Shown here one piece after another: positions 34,041-46,500 of a DNA stretch of 64,000 nucleotides. The position numbers and the translations under genes were made by a program. Positions within the stretch are counted from its first letter, which is position 1. The number at the start of each line of letters is the position of its first letter. Source of the stretch: Paecilomyces variotii (taxonomy: Eukaryota); the NCBI GenBank assembly GCA_004022145.1, contig RCNU01000003.1; one strand, given 5' to 3'. Under the pieces are notes generated by a model. That model was not told the DNA's origin, did no database searches, and worked only from the letters and a program-made list of their open reading frames with translations.

Positions 34041-35134
34041 AGTTTTATACTTTTTCTTTGGGGTTGGTTAGTATTTGAAGGTGCAAAATGAGGGCAGGAC
34101 CGCCGACTCTGCGCTGTGATCGGTTGCAGATATTTACACTTATATCTTGAGGGAAGGTAGATAGAGGAATTAGACGTCTTGCTTCAAAAGACAGAAATTG
34201 GTTCGAAGCTGATTGAATCAGGCCACCAGCGCTCTTCCCCCGCTCCCCCTCCCCCACAATCCGACTGAAACGCGGAGCCTTTTTATAATAACTAGTCAAA
34301 TGTTGAGAGACGCTTAAATAGACTACATGTATTGATGTGGGGCTGCACAGAATAGCCGCGGTAGCTTAACTATTTGATAGTTTCTTCCCTACTCTAGCCG
34401 CGGTAGGGACTAATTAGGTATCATGCTTCAATGGCATAAATACGATATGGATAATTAGGTAAGGACAACCAATTGATTGGTGACTGTCCAAGCTGCAGCC
34501 TGGAGTAGATAACCGGTCTATGATTGAGCACTTGGAGTTTCATATTACGAGATTAACAAGTCGAAACTCAAGGCCAGCGCTACCAAGTCACAGTCTGGGT
34601 GATATCCCCAAATGCCATTTTCAATTCCATGCCACACGATAAACCGCTACAAGGCAACCTCACATACAGGTAATCAAGGAGAACGCTGGTATTGTAATAT
34701 ACATACATGAGAAGAATATGAAAAGCAGCACCCAAGGTGCCCGAAACCCGGACCAAACGAAAAGAGATGTGATCGAGATAAAGAAGAGAATAAAAGAAAA
34801 GAGGTATCTAGCAGTCGTTATAGACCTGTGTACGTCGGGCTTGATGCTGTGGTCAAATAGAAACTCGAAAAAATAAGACAAAATTCACGAGGGAAGAAAT
34901 GACACTATCTATCTAGGATAGAACAGAGTCAAGATGAGAGAGTCAACAGAAAGGAAAAAGAAGGAGAGGTATCCACAGTGGTGTAAAATGAACGTGAGAA
35001 TAGAGATAGAATTCCGACATCAGGCCTTTATGCTGAAAACATTATTCACACAAGATTCGAAGGGGAAAAAGAAAAAGAAATGCCATGTCCCGTCGAAAAT
35101 ATAGATGAAAGAAAAAAAAAGGAACGTCACGTAT

Positions 35135-38100
35135 TTACTCCTCGCGGAGCGGTTCATTGAACCCGTTTCCGCTGCCTAAGCTTCCGTTGAGATCTCCCAT
35201 GCCGAGACGGCCGTTCTTTCGTCCGACGCTTTTCAGCAGACTGAACCGCTTCATGACGGAATCCCGTACACCGCCAGTGTTCGTCGCGGGTACGCTGTGG
35301 TTCGACGAAGGACTGGCGATCACTGACTCTTTAATGGATTGGCTACGGCTGCCTGACGTCTCAGGACGCTCATGGTTGCTCGCTGAAGGAAGAGCGGATC
35401 TGCTTGCATTCGATGGTCTCTCTCGTTTGGAAGAGGTGCGGTGCATAGACGAGGTACGATGCATTGAACTGGAACGTCTCCTGTCAGGCTGGCTGCGACG
35501 AGATGCAGTCGACGCTTGTCGGCGTGGGGTTGCGTGGGCATCTTCCATCGGTATCTCAGCCGCGGAGACGGAAGGACTGAACTTGTGCGACTTGTCTCCG
35601 CTAAACCAGCTTCTGCGCTTCGAGTGCGTATCGCTCCTGCCTCCGCGAGAACGGCTGGTCGTCCGACTATGGATGGTGGCAGCGTCGTCGTCGTCATGAA
35701 TGGTCTCTCCATTAGACTTGGCCTCGGAAGGACGTCTGCCGTCAGAATGGCCGTTGACCGTCACGACAGACCCAGACGCCAGATGGTGAGCCCGCTTGAA
35801 GGGGTTCATGATACTGATGCGATGGCCGACAGAGTGCTTGTCACCATGCTTGCGGTCTTGGGAACGGCTGGAGCGGATAAGCTCCTGCTCAGGGCTAGTA
35901 GACCGCTGGTGGGGAGACTGTTGTTGACCATTGCCAAGGCTAGGACTGCGGTAGCCAAGTAGATGAGGGGACTCCTGTGACTGTGACTGCGACGGCGGTG
36001 GTTGAGCCGAGAGCGACGCAAGCTCAGGTGCAAACGCCTCCTCGAACCGTCGTGTAAGTTCTGCCTGCGTGGCTAGGTGAGCCGGCCGAGAGAAGAGGTT
36101 CAGGCAGTGTTTGATAGCCAAGGCATGATCGATAAGAGCCACAGCCAGAGCATTTTCTAGCGGGTCAATTGGCCTCACAAGCTCCTCCTGCTCCTCCAGT
36201 CCCTCCTCTTCCTCTTCCCGAGGCTGCTCTTCGGTTAGGAACTGCCGGTACAATGCCACACAGCTGGGCGAAGACGAGTTCAACTCGAGCAATTGACTAA
36301 GAGCCTCAGTCAAGGCGGAAAAACTAGGGTCATCGCCCGCTTTCGCGCGCTTCTCCAGAAGAAGAAGTTCCTGCGTCTTGCGCCACGTACGCTCAATAGC
36401 AGTCTGCAGAGGCGACAGCGCTAGGTCATCCGCCGCAACAATCTCGCTTCTGCGTAGGATGTTCGGGAAAGGTTCCGCAGTCGTAAAGATAGTCTTTTCA
36501 ACCCATTGCTCCTTCACGTCAGTTCCACCAGTGTGCTTCTTCGAGGTCATCGAGAATTGGTTCGGGACAGAGATCAACAGATGTTCCCGCACGGTGCTCG
36601 GAAGCTTTGACCGCTGATACACCGGATGTCCCATATCTCGGTGGACGCTAACAGAATTGATCTGCAGGAATTGCCCCTCGAGATCGTCAATCTCACCCGA
36701 AGACATGATCCGTGCTGCAGGATGTTGTTTCCGCATGCGGTCCGTGAAGGCTGCCATGCGTTCATAGGGATACGCCTCGTAGATATACTCCTTGTCCCGA
36801 AGGGTAGCCGGGAAACCCAGGCCCTTGTACACGACCCGGAAGTAGCGTGGGAACTGCTTGTCTTCCTTGGCCACGGCGTCGTAGATCCTGGCGATGGAGC
36901 TGTGTGTCCTCGAGAGTTTGGAAAAGTCCATAATCGTAATCTCATACTGGTACGCTAGCTCCCTGTAGCAAGCAAGGGCGTGGGCCCAAGCCTTTCCATC
37001 TTCGAAATATTGGATGATCTGGAAGTAGAGTGCTTCCTTCCTCTCGAACGACGACTCCTCTGGAAGTGGGGGGTTGAACACTGCAGGAACAAGTTTGTTG
37101 GGATCCCACTCGTACAGATCGGCATGGAACTGAAGAGCAAGACCGGCCTCAATGTAGTTGCGAGCAGCAGCTTGCACATCAGCGAGCTCATGCACGTATC
37201 GGATGAAAATATCCTCACGGCCCATATCCTTCATGAACTCCATCAGCTTGAGCGTATGTAGGCTCTCGTTCATATCGCCGCTGTGAGAAGCCACGAGCAG
37301 ATCCAAGAGCTCGTCGATAGTGGCAATGAACTCTCTCACAGAGGCTGAGAGACCTTCGTCTGAAGTACGACTAGCGTGGAAAAGATCGAGCAGCTCATTG
37401 ATGAACAGCTTCTGCGTAATACTCTCATTCATATGCTTTGTCTTGAACAAGTGGTCGAGACTTGAAATGACCTCCGTCTCGATAATCGCCAGATCCTGGT
37501 TCAGATTCCATTCACTGATGATCATCGTCTGCAATACTTCCACAGCAACATGTCGCAGGCCCTCATGAACACTGAGACAAAGCTCAATGATAGGCGGCAC
37601 AAGGCCAGGAACATACTGGACCTGGTAACCACCTAGCCTCTTCAGACCAAACCGCTCCCTCTCTTCGTCGGTGGTCTCCCAGCCGATAGCCTCCCAGCTC
37701 CGGCGCAGCAGCTCGGCTCCTAGTTCGCGAACGTCACCACCGATTTTCCAAACCGCCCGACGCTTCTGCTCCGGGAAGGTCTCCAGCGCGAGTGCATCAC
37801 TGGAGACGAGCTTCAACAATGTTGCGAAGAAGGCCTCCCACAGTTTCATGTCGAACGTATCAGCATCGTCCGGCGACGGAAGTAGAGACTTGATCATGAC
37901 GGATGAAATAAACTCCAAGCTCTTCATGGCAGCGCGGTGGTTGTAAATATGCACACTGAGCCAGCTCTCAGGGTATGCGTCACAGCTGAGAACTGAGAGA
38001 TGGGATTCCAGGACCTGCGCAAGGAACGTGGACAGCTCAATGGGTTTCATGACAGGCAGCTTCGGGTTCCGGATCTTGGCAATCGCAGCCATAAGGGCGG

Positions 38101-41100
38101 ACAGCTCTACAAGCCCCTCATCGAACTTCTGCTTGGTAGCGGAAGGCTTGACCTGGAATGGGAAGGACTTGCTAAAGAGCAAAGAAAGATAGTTCGTATC
38201 ATCTACGCCCTCGGTTTGGATGGCGCAGTAGGTAGACACGATCTTCGGCATGAACTCGTACAGCAGAGGATCGGGCTGCTTCAAGAGCTCCGCCACAACA
38301 GAGCAGCAGAGTCGCACCTGATCGCGGTATTGGTCAGAGACATCATTAGTGGCGCCCCAATACGGTGCCAGCCAGCTGATGCAGCTCGAAATCAGAGTCT
38401 GTCGTTCGGGCCCTGAGGCGAAGACCGGTATCCGGGTGTAGTTCTGAATCAGGACCAGCTTATAGAGAACAAGCAACCCCTTGACGTCTTTGCAGGAATC
38501 CATGAAGCTCAACGAGATCATAACAACCTCGTCATTGCTGAGGACATTGCTCAGCTCAGGCAGCCAAGTGTGCACGTGCTGGACAATGAGCGTCTTACTG
38601 CCGACCAAGATCGGATTCGGGCTCCTCATCAACCCTTCGAGCGACTTGAAGATTGAATGGATATCTCGACTGAACGAGGTCTGGATCTTTGTGATTCCGA
38701 TCTCTTCTTCCTTGGCCTTCTGTTGCGCTCTGGCGTTCATAATAAACTTCATGAGATGTCGGCCAACTTTGAAGGCAGCGCGCAGATTCCGCGACTGCTG
38801 GGTATCCGTGCTGGCCTGCAGCAGCCGCAGGTAACTCCTGATCAAGCAAGGGGTGGCGAAGGGGAAGTTGAACTGCTTCTCGGCGTAGTGGTCGACCAAC
38901 GGTCCCAGGTTGAAACGGCGGTCGTGCACAATGCCCAGCACCATCACCAAATCGTTGAAGATCAGGTCTTCGTAGTCCTCTTTTCCGGCATTCTCAACCA
39001 GAATACCGAATAGCGCGTCAAAAACTCCACTGAGCTGCTTAACGATTTCGATTTCGGGAACGAAAACAAGCCGCTTGAGGATCTGCAGCACCTCATCCGC
39101 TGACTGCTCTTTCCAGTTAATCAGACCGAGCATGATTTGATCCTGCGAGTATTCAGTACTACAGAGATACGTCTCAATACGCAGCGTAGCCACCGATCCA
39201 GTAACGGTCTCGTCCTTGGTCGACTCCTTCTTGCTAGCTGCGCTCCAGGGAAGAGACAGATAGGCACCTCTGCCGTTCTCAATACTAGAAGTAGTCTTGT
39301 CGTAGGCATGCAAAAGTAACGAATGGGGCCCATCGTGCAGGAACGCCTGCTGGTCCCAGAGCGGCATCCAAGCCAGAGCAAACGGGAATTCTGGTGCATC
39401 GGCTATACTCATAATCAGATGGGAGCCGGGTACCTGATCCGTGGGAATCTTGAGCCTAATGGTCTCATTCCACGAGGCGTCCCGTTCCGCAACCGTGGAT
39501 CGCCAGGCTGTATGGCCGTTGCTGTTCGAAGATGCGTATATGCACCGTTCCACACGAGCTCCCGACGAATTGCGCACTTCGAAAGTCAATTGTAGGTTCC
39601 GCAATCCTGACGCCATCGGGACAGGAACATGACCAGCCTGTGGGTGGGACAGGAAAGCATCGTGTGGGAAGATGGCGCGAGATACAGTGATATAGATGTC
39701 CGATCGTGGCTTCGTCGGAGCAGTCGGGAATCCCATTCTCCTGGTCTGGGTTACATTATGCATGGTGGTAGGATTACTTCGGATCAGCGCATCGGCGTCA
39801 TCGCTAACAAACGGCGATAAATGCGTATGAAGACGCGCTGCCCGCTGCGACCTCGTGTATTTTCCGGTGGGACTGGGAAGGACACTGCGAATGAGCTCAT
39901 CAAAGCCTTCCATATGGTCGTCCTCCTCGTCATCCACACCTATCGGGGACCAGATGTTGATCACCTGCTCGACGTCCTTATTCTGCCTGAAGACCTGAGA
40001 TACCTCAATGACACCAGCTCCAACAGTACGGACAACCATGGCGTCATTAATAGGCGAGTCCTTCCGGTCCTGACTACTCGCCGTGCTACCAGCAGAGGGA
40101 GGTGCCCTGATATTTTCCTTTCCAGACTCAATGCTCGGCGATGCCCGTGGTCTCGAAGTCCAGATCACGCTCCGTCGAGCCTTCAGACTTCCCTTGGAGC
40201 CGCCGCCGTTGACTTGATTCGTGGTCTTGTTGGCCAGTGCCCCATCCCTCGACGCAGAAGACCGTGCTCTCGGGGGTAAATTGGTCTTCGGGTTCTGGGC
40301 TGTCTGCACCGTTGCCACAAGATAGAGCTGAGCATTGCCGCCGGAGACTTCACCAATATCCGTTGCGGTAATTTCGGTGAACAACGTTTTCAGCCTGCTG
40401 CTATGCGCAAGACTCGCAAAACTCTCAGGCGAAGGAATGTCCAAGATGTAGGTCTCGGAGAGTGGCTTCAGCGTTCCGTTATCCAGCTTGGTGCTGAGAT
40501 ACATCGAAACCGTCACGGGGCCGGAATTCGTTCCTGACACTGCATTGACCTCGAAAAGAAGATTGTGCAGTCCGGCAGGCTCTGCATTGGTCGTGGCGCT
40601 GCTGTCCAGCATGCTCATTTCCGATTGAAGCTTCGTCAATTGAATGGCGGAATCCTCCCCAGTGAGCAAGCGACCGCGCTGCTTGGGATCTCTCACGATC
40701 ACCTCCCCGCTCAGCATCTTGTTGCCGCGCACCAGTGTCCACACTGTTTTCTCCCGCAGTGCGGCTCTCTCCTGTCCGGTGAGGACATTGTGCAGCAGTT
40801 GCCTCCGGGCCAGATCCAGCTCCTGGACAATCTCCGACATCTGCTCCAGCACGCTGTATTTCCGGGCGAGCAGCAGCTCGTGCAGATTGGTGGAGTGCCA
40901 TTCTCGCAGGCATGATGCGATCTCATCCACCAGCGGTTCCGACGACGACGTGGGGGTCTCATCCCCAATCTTCAACATCGGTACCGGTGCTGCAGGTTTG
41001 GGCGCATTGGGGTCTCGGGGGCCAACCGACAACGGCGTCAGCGGGAAAGACGGACTCCATGTCGTAGCAGTAGAGTGTCGCTTGAGGGCCTCTTCGTCCA

Positions 41101-41563
41101 ATTGCAGTACCGCGATCTGTGACCCTTTCGAGAATCTGCTCTCCTTCGAGAGCAAACTGTTAAACCCCTCGTTAATCTCCCGTGTAAAGGACGACGTGCT
41201 GTCCCTCTTGTTGTGCTTGTCGCCGTTGACCCCGTTCGGCACGTCCGCGCTTAACTGCGCCTCGCTCTGGACCGGTTTGCGCCCCTCTCCATCCCCGAGC
41301 ACCTCGCGCACCTCGACACAGTTCTTCGGAAAGATGCCGGAGAAGACTCGCGCCTCCAATGTCTGGCCCTTGACGCTGGTGAGTCCGGCGAGGAGGGACG
41401 GCGGGGCGACGAGATAGCCGCGGTACCACTCGCCGTGGACCCCTCCCTGCTCGATTATGTACAATTCATCGCCCAGCTCCAGCGGCAGGTCCGCGGGCGA
41501 CGAGGGTTGGAACGGGTATATGGCGACCGCGAATGCAATGCGAGGCAGAGGCCGCCAGGGCAT
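35135..41563 (-). CDS. DCK1: DOCK180-family Rac guanine nucleotide exchange factor (SH3, C2-DOCK/DHR-1, DHR-2)
   Basis: 2142-aa single ORF. N-terminal SH3 (AVAIYPF...LPLELGDELYI...GIFP), EPLVDEIASCLREW, and DHR-2 motifs YFRVVYKGLGFP and FPNILRRSEI. Confidence 0.93.
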   Translation of the reverse strand: MPWRPLPRIAFAVAIYPFQPSSPADLPLELGDELYIIEQGGVHGEWYRGYLVAPPSLLAGLTSVKGQTLEARVFSGIFPKNCVEVREVLGDGEGRKPVQSEAQLSADVPNGVNGDKHNKRDSTSSFTREINEGFNSLLSKESRFSKGSQIAVLQLDEEALKRHSTATTWSPSFPLTPLSVGPRDPNAPKPAAPVPMLKIGDETPTSSSEPLVDEIASCLREWHSTNLHELLLARKYSVLEQMSEIVQELDLARRQLLHNVLTGQERAALREKTVWTLVRGNKMLSGEVIVRDPKQRGRLLTGEDSAIQLTKLQSEMSMLDSSATTNAEPAGLHNLLFEVNAVSGTNSGPVTVSMYLSTKLDNGTLKPLSETYILDIPSPESFASLAHSSRLKTLFTEITATDIGEVSGGNAQLYLVATVQTAQNPKTNLPPRARSSASRDGALANKTTNQVNGGGSKGSLKARRSVIWTSRPRASPSIESGKENIRAPPSAGSTASSQDRKDSPINDAMVVRTVGAGVIEVSQVFRQNKDVEQVINIWSPIGVDDEEDDHMEGFDELIRSVLPSPTGKYTRSQRAARLHTHLSPFVSDDADALIRSNPTTMHNVTQTRRMGFPTAPTKPRSDIYITVSRAIFPHDAFLSHPQAGHVPVPMASGLRNLQLTFEVRNSSGARVERCIYASSNSNGHTAWRSTVAERDASWNETIRLKIPTDQVPGSHLIMSIADAPEFPFALAWMPLWDQQAFLHDGPHSLLLHAYDKTTSSIENGRGAYLSLPWSAASKKESTKDETVTGSVATLRIETYLCSTEYSQDQIMLGLINWKEQSADEVLQILKRLVFVPEIEIVKQLSGVFDALFGILVENAGKEDYEDLIFNDLVMVLGIVHDRRFNLGPLVDHYAEKQFNFPFATPCLIRSYLRLLQASTDTQQSRNLRAAFKVGRHLMKFIMNARAQQKAKEEEIGITKIQTSFSRDIHSIFKSLEGLMRSPNPILVGSKTLIVQHVHTWLPELSNVLSNDEVVMISLSFMDSCKDVKGLLVLYKLVLIQNYTRIPVFASGPERQTLISSCISWLAPYWGATNDVSDQYRDQVRLCCSVVAELLKQPDPLLYEFMPKIVSTYCAIQTEGVDDTNYLSLLFSKSFPFQVKPSATKQKFDEGLVELSALMAAIAKIRNPKLPVMKPIELSTFLAQVLESHLSVLSCDAYPESWLSVHIYNHRAAMKSLEFISSVMIKSLLPSPDDADTFDMKLWEAFFATLLKLVSSDALALETFPEQKRRAVWKIGGDVRELGAELLRRSWEAIGWETTDEERERFGLKRLGGYQVQYVPGLVPPIIELCLSVHEGLRHVAVEVLQTMIISEWNLNQDLAIIETEVISSLDHLFKTKHMNESITQKLFINELLDLFHASRTSDEGLSASVREFIATIDELLDLLVASHSGDMNESLHTLKLMEFMKDMGREDIFIRYVHELADVQAAARNYIEAGLALQFHADLYEWDPNKLVPAVFNPPLPEESSFERKEALYFQIIQYFEDGKAWAHALACYRELAYQYEITIMDFSKLSRTHSSIARIYDAVAKEDKQFPRYFRVVYKGLGFPATLRDKEYIYEAYPYERMAAFTDRMRKQHPAARIMSSGEIDDLEGQFLQINSVSVHRDMGHPVYQRSKLPSTVREHLLISVPNQFSMTSKKHTGGTDVKEQWVEKTIFTTAEPFPNILRRSEIVAADDLALSPLQTAIERTWRKTQELLLLEKRAKAGDDPSFSALTEALSQLLELNSSSPSCVALYRQFLTEEQPREEEEEGLEEQEELVRPIDPLENALAVALIDHALAIKHCLNLFSRPAHLATQAELTRRFEEAFAPELASLSAQPPPSQSQSQESPHLLGYRSPSLGNGQQQSPHQRSTSPEQELIRSSRSQDRKHGDKHSVGHRISIMNPFKRAHHLASGSVVTVNGHSDGRRPSEAKSNGETIHDDDDAATIHSRTTSRSRGGRSDTHSKRRSWFSGDKSHKFSPSVSAAEIPMEDAHATPRRQASTASRRSQPDRRRSSSMHRTSSMHRTSSKRERPSNASRSALPSASNHERPETSGSRSQSIKESVIASPSSNHSVPATNTGGVRDSVMKRFSLLKSVGRKNGRLGMGDLNGSLGSGNGFNEPLREE

Positions 41564-42260
41564 CTCTGCTGCTTCTGTAGGGGGATAATCTTGGTGTCGC
41601 GCACCAGCCCCGACGTGTCACGCGAGTTCGAGAGAGAGAAAGTCGGACGTTCTGCTCGGGTTATCCGAGAGGTGTTGGGGGCGTGGAGATGGTGTTGGTG
41701 GTTCGAAAGTTCGAAAGTTCGAAAAAGAGACCGACGGGTTCCTCTCTGTTTGTCTCAGGGAGCGACATGCAGGTCGAATATCGCAGAAAATAGCCAGTGC
41801 GGCGCAGTTGCGGTGTGTAACATGCGGCTGAACAGTTGGAAAAGGAAAGAAGAGCTTCTATTCTATTAGATCACAATTGGGAGGGAATCGTCAGTGTCAG
41901 TCGCAAAAGACCCTCTCCAGACATGAGTCGTTGTTCTGCCTCCACGAACGGAGAATTCTCCAATTTTAAAACACCTGTGGAACGAGTATTCGAGCCGTGA
42001 AGCTGGGGGGGATGTCCAAAAGATATCTCTCCAAAGCTTTGCTGGCCAGCCCCTAAGCCGGGACCAGTCATTGCAGCCGGGGGACGCAGGGGAGACAGAA
42101 CAGAGCGGAGTTGTTGGGGATCAGACACTCACTCACCTGGGCACAGCTATCTAATTGATTATTTGAATTAATTTCCCCTCAAGCAGTCCTGGTCACGGAA
42201 AACGACAATGTCTTACTCTCACGGAGCGCATCCAGGGCCCGTCTGTCTGGAGAGGGGAAA

Positions 42261-42292
42261 GAGAGACAGCGAGAGAGAAAGAGAGAGAGAGA
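42261..42292. repeat. Interrupted (GA)n microsatellite
   Basis: GAGAGACAGCGAGAGAGAAAGAGAGAGAGAGA. Confidence 0.7.
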
Positions 42293-42351
42293 GCGTTGGA
42301 GGTTGAACCGCGCAGGTCAGACAAAGTCGGGTCAGGAACCTGTTCCGGGTC

Positions 42352-42395
42352 TAATTAATTAATTAATTAACTTGATATTAATTAATTAAATTAAT
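42352..42395. repeat. Self-complementary (TAAT)n tract in two arms
   Basis: TAATTAATTAATTAATTAA-cttgata-TTAATTAATTAAATTAAT. Confidence 0.8.
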
Positions 42396-43499
42396 CCAGA
42401 CTTCGACTGGAGGAATCAGTTAAGGTTTGGCTCGAGAGAAGAACGGCGGGGCTTTCATCTGTTAGTGAGTGATTCGAGTTCTTCGAGGAGAGGCTGGCTA
42501 GTGCTGTGATAGTCTGGTCTGATTTCTGGGAAGGACGAACAGTCCGTTCTTCAGACGACACTTCTTGGTAAATAATAACTAATGATCATTATAACTACGG
42601 ACTACGAGGAGCAAACGAAGCTGCTGGAAAGACACAAGAAGCCCCTCGCAGGAGACGGTCTCACCGCAACGAGGCCTTTCCTACAAAGTAACTAACGAAC
42701 TAATAGTAATAACCACCAACAGCATCTACCAAAGCAGCAGGACTGTACTGTCGCCGTGGAGGATGCAGGACCCGACACTCAGGACAGTATCAGATGAATC
42801 ATACAGGATCCCACCGTTCGTTCGTTAGCCAAATCATAATTATTCTACTATTCTCTCCAGATCGTTCTCACTTTTGTTCCCCCTGAAAACGTCTGGAAGA
42901 ATCGGAGGCGCCAATCAGATCTCCGGCGACGGGTCCGCGTGTGCGCCAAAAGGGGCCGAGAGAAGAAGAAGAAGAATAACTAACCTACTAGGTATTAGTA
43001 GGTAACACAATCCAGCCACTAAGAGATCCACTGCAGATCGGAGCAGACACGGAAATCTGGATAATACGGTACTGTACATAAGTTCATGTCATATACTCTA
43101 GAGTACAAGTACATTCGATATCTCCGTCCACGCGATCGACTGCTTTTACAAGGTTCACGCGAGAAAGGAAATGGAAGATCCTGCAAAATGCATTCAAGAA
43201 GAGCGAAAGAGAAAAAAAAAAAGAAAAGAGGACGCGGGAGTATGCCTTGGCAACAACAGCTGTATCACATCCGCGACAGGGACGCCGTCCAAAATCATCC
43301 ATTGCGCCCAGATGTTCTCATCTTCATGACCCAGAAACGTCTCACATCCGTGCCCGAGGAAAAGAAGGTGGCAAAGCAAATCAAGTCAAAGCAAGCCCTC
43401 ATCACCAGCATTAGATGTTATGTTGTTATGAACAGAAACGCAATTCGAGGACAGCGGATGAGGCACGCCCAGAAAGAAAAGATGAAAAGGTGAAAAGAG

Positions 43500-43547
43500 A
43501 AGAAGAGAAGAAGAGAAGAAGAGAAGAAGAGAAGAAGAGAAGAAGAG
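43500..43547. repeat. (AAGAAGAG)6 microsatellite just downstream of the sec3 stop codon
   Basis: Six perfect 8-mer units forming a pure purine strand. Confidence 0.85.
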
Positions 43548-43584
43548 CACGACGCATGAAGGCGGTCCATCACCTCATGTCGCT

Positions 43585-46500
43585 TCACCGCTTGAACATC
43601 GCAGTAGCTTCTTCCTTGCGCCACTCCAGGTCCAGCTGGCCCTCGTAGACCGTGTCGATGATCCGCAACGTCCGGTCGTACGTGCTCGCGTATCGAGCCT
43701 CACACTCCTGCAGCACCTTGGCCACCAAGTTGCGACTGAGCGTCGTGTCATCCGACTCGCCAAAGTGCTTCTCGACCCGCTTCCTCAGCAGTTCAGCGCC
43801 CCGACGCACCTCCTTCGCATCGTAGCTCGCAAACACTTTCTTCGCCACGGACCGCGAGTGGCTCGCCCGGGACGCAACGTCGGCGGGATTACTGGTCGTC
43901 GCCATCAGCGACTCGGTCGACTCCACAAACTCAAGGAGCTTGCCAAGCGGTCGACGGATCACCGCATCCATGTACAGCCGCATGTGCTCGCCCATGTCTT
44001 GTATCGCCCGTTCGCGCCAGCGCTCCAGCACTGGAATGCCTCGCACATCCACTTCCTCGACGTAGTGGTTCATGTTCTCGATCAGCAGGATATGGTAATT
44101 CAAGGCCTCCTTGTCCTCCGGGTCGCCAGCGCCCGTCGTAGCACCCGGCTGCTGGCCGGGCGCCTCCTTGGCAATGAATTTCAAGCTCTCCCACATTGCC
44201 TGGTTGATCTTGTTGTACGCCTCGTTGACGCTCAGACGGATATCGGAGAAGTCCTGCTCCGGGGCCGCCAGCATGTTCTCAATGGCAGCAGAGAAGTTCG
44301 GGAACGTCCGCATGAACGAGATGACACCCTTCCGCTTGTTGACCTTGACCTTGGTCTCTTCGATGCCGCGGATCTGATCGTCGACGAAGCGGCTAAACAG
44401 CCCCGACAGCCGGGTGTGCAGTTTCTGGAGCGAATGCACAATGAACTCCTGGTTGGTGTCCTCAAAGTCCGTAATGGCTTTCTCCAACGCGTGTAAAATG
44501 CCGACTCCTTGCCTGCGAGGAAATGTCATGTCAGTGATTGTAGCTAAATCATAGCCAAGGTTCGTTCTTTGCTTACAGTTGATCGGACTTGATGGCCCAG
44601 TCGACCAGGCTCTGGACATCATTCGGCCAGAAGGCATAGATGTCATCCATGATCTGTTCCACTTTCCGCGCCATCTCACGGTCAGGGTCATGCATCTGTC
44701 GGACGCTCATATCGGGTTTCCTGCGGCGCTCAGGATCGCTACCAGCCACCAGATCAGGGAACTCGACGGTGGTGAGTGAATTCAAGTGGAAGAACTGCAC
44801 GATAAAGTTCTGTTCCTCGGCAATCGATCTCACTGTCTCTTGCAGGGTGCCGGCAAATACTTCGCAAGGCTCCAACTTCCCACCCTGCTTCTCTCCGCTC
44901 AGGGAAGGCCGGAGGCCTTGTCCGATCTTCATGGTCTTGCCTCGTCTCACGGTCAGTTTACGGGCAGCCGTCGTGATGCCTTCGCTCTCTTTTTCCTTTT
45001 CTTGATGGGTAAAAAGCAGTTCATGCTCGTCGCCCGTAGGCTTTTTGGCGGCTTTCTTCCAGGCAAAATTATTCTCCCGGAACTCATTCTGATAAGGTCC
45101 CTTGGCTTCCTGTTCATAAAGCCCGATAATTCCGTTCCATTCGGACGTGCTAACTTCCCGGGCAAAGAGCATAAGAGCATTGTAGATCCAAAGCTCCTGA
45201 CGAGCCGCCTCACGAGGGGCGCTGTCCAATCTCAGAGGGTCTTTAGACGCGCTGTTTGCTGCATCGATTACCTTCTGTTCTGCCATCTTGAACGCAATCG
45301 ACATAAACTGCCTCAGGCGCTGCAAGAACAGCCGGGCTTCAGACCGGTACTCCTCCTTCTTCTCTCTGATGGCCCGCATCTGTCCCACTTCCGTATCGGC
45401 ATAGATACCGATACTACCTTGCTCACCAGCAGCGTCAGCCATACGCTTCTTGTTTTGACCGATATTAGAGTCGATCATGAGCAACGCTTTGTACAACGTA
45501 GAGAGTACCACTTCGGTCTCCTTGATGCCATCTGGATTACTGAGAGAAGCCTCCTTCAACGGCTGAAGGGCATCCGAGGAGATGGAAAGAGTCTTCAGAA
45601 GATTCTGCAGCTCATTCTGGAGGAGCTTCTGATTCGCCGTCTGCACCTGCAGACCCTGTGACTGAGCTTCGATAAATGCGACGTCGTCGTTAAGGGTATT
45701 CAGTTCATGCGAATACAGCGTGAGAAGGCCGTCCAGCTCCTCACACTCTTCGATTGTCTTGTCGATGAGCTTCGCGAGTTGGTCTACCTTCCCTTCCTGC
45801 TGCTCCAGATTACCCAACCAGCTGCTAGCCTGGACCCGGCCAATCTCTCGACGCACATCTGCCTCGAGATCTTCGATCTTCTTATCATCGCTCAGTCGAC
45901 CGTTCCATCCCAGGTCTGTCAAAATATCATCAAACTCGGCGCCGCGTCCTTCAAGGACAGCCGGATCGATGCCAAGGGCCTCGCAATACTTGGCGGTACG
46001 GTCTTCGCGGCGTTTCCTGCGCCGTCCACTTGGAGACGGTGACTTAGACCTAGACCTTTCCTCTGTAACTTCTTTCGACGCATCGAGAGCCTCATCTTTT
46101 GCCACCTGGGCTGCCTGTTCAGCCGCAGGTTGGGTAATCTCGAAAGTAGGCAGTTCTTCTGAAGGCGTAACTGCCACTGGTGTAGCTGCTGCTGGTGCAA
46201 CCGCCGCGGGTGCAAGTGTGGGTGTCTCTTTAAGCGGTGTCTCGGGTGCAGTATGCGCAGACTGCATCGAATCGTTGCTGGTCCCGCGGAGCAGCGGCGC
46301 AGGGACGACACCAGTAATACCGTCAGGCTCATTTGCTGCGCTCTTCTTTGCCGCAGCCATCAGTCTCTCAGCAGCACCTCCAGCTCTGGGCTTGAAAGCC
46401 CCATATGCGGTGGCTGCCTTCCGGAGAGCACCAGCGAGGTCTTTGCCGGGTTTCTTTTTTACCATGGGCCCAAGGCCGGGCCGATGCGCCTCTTCCTCTT

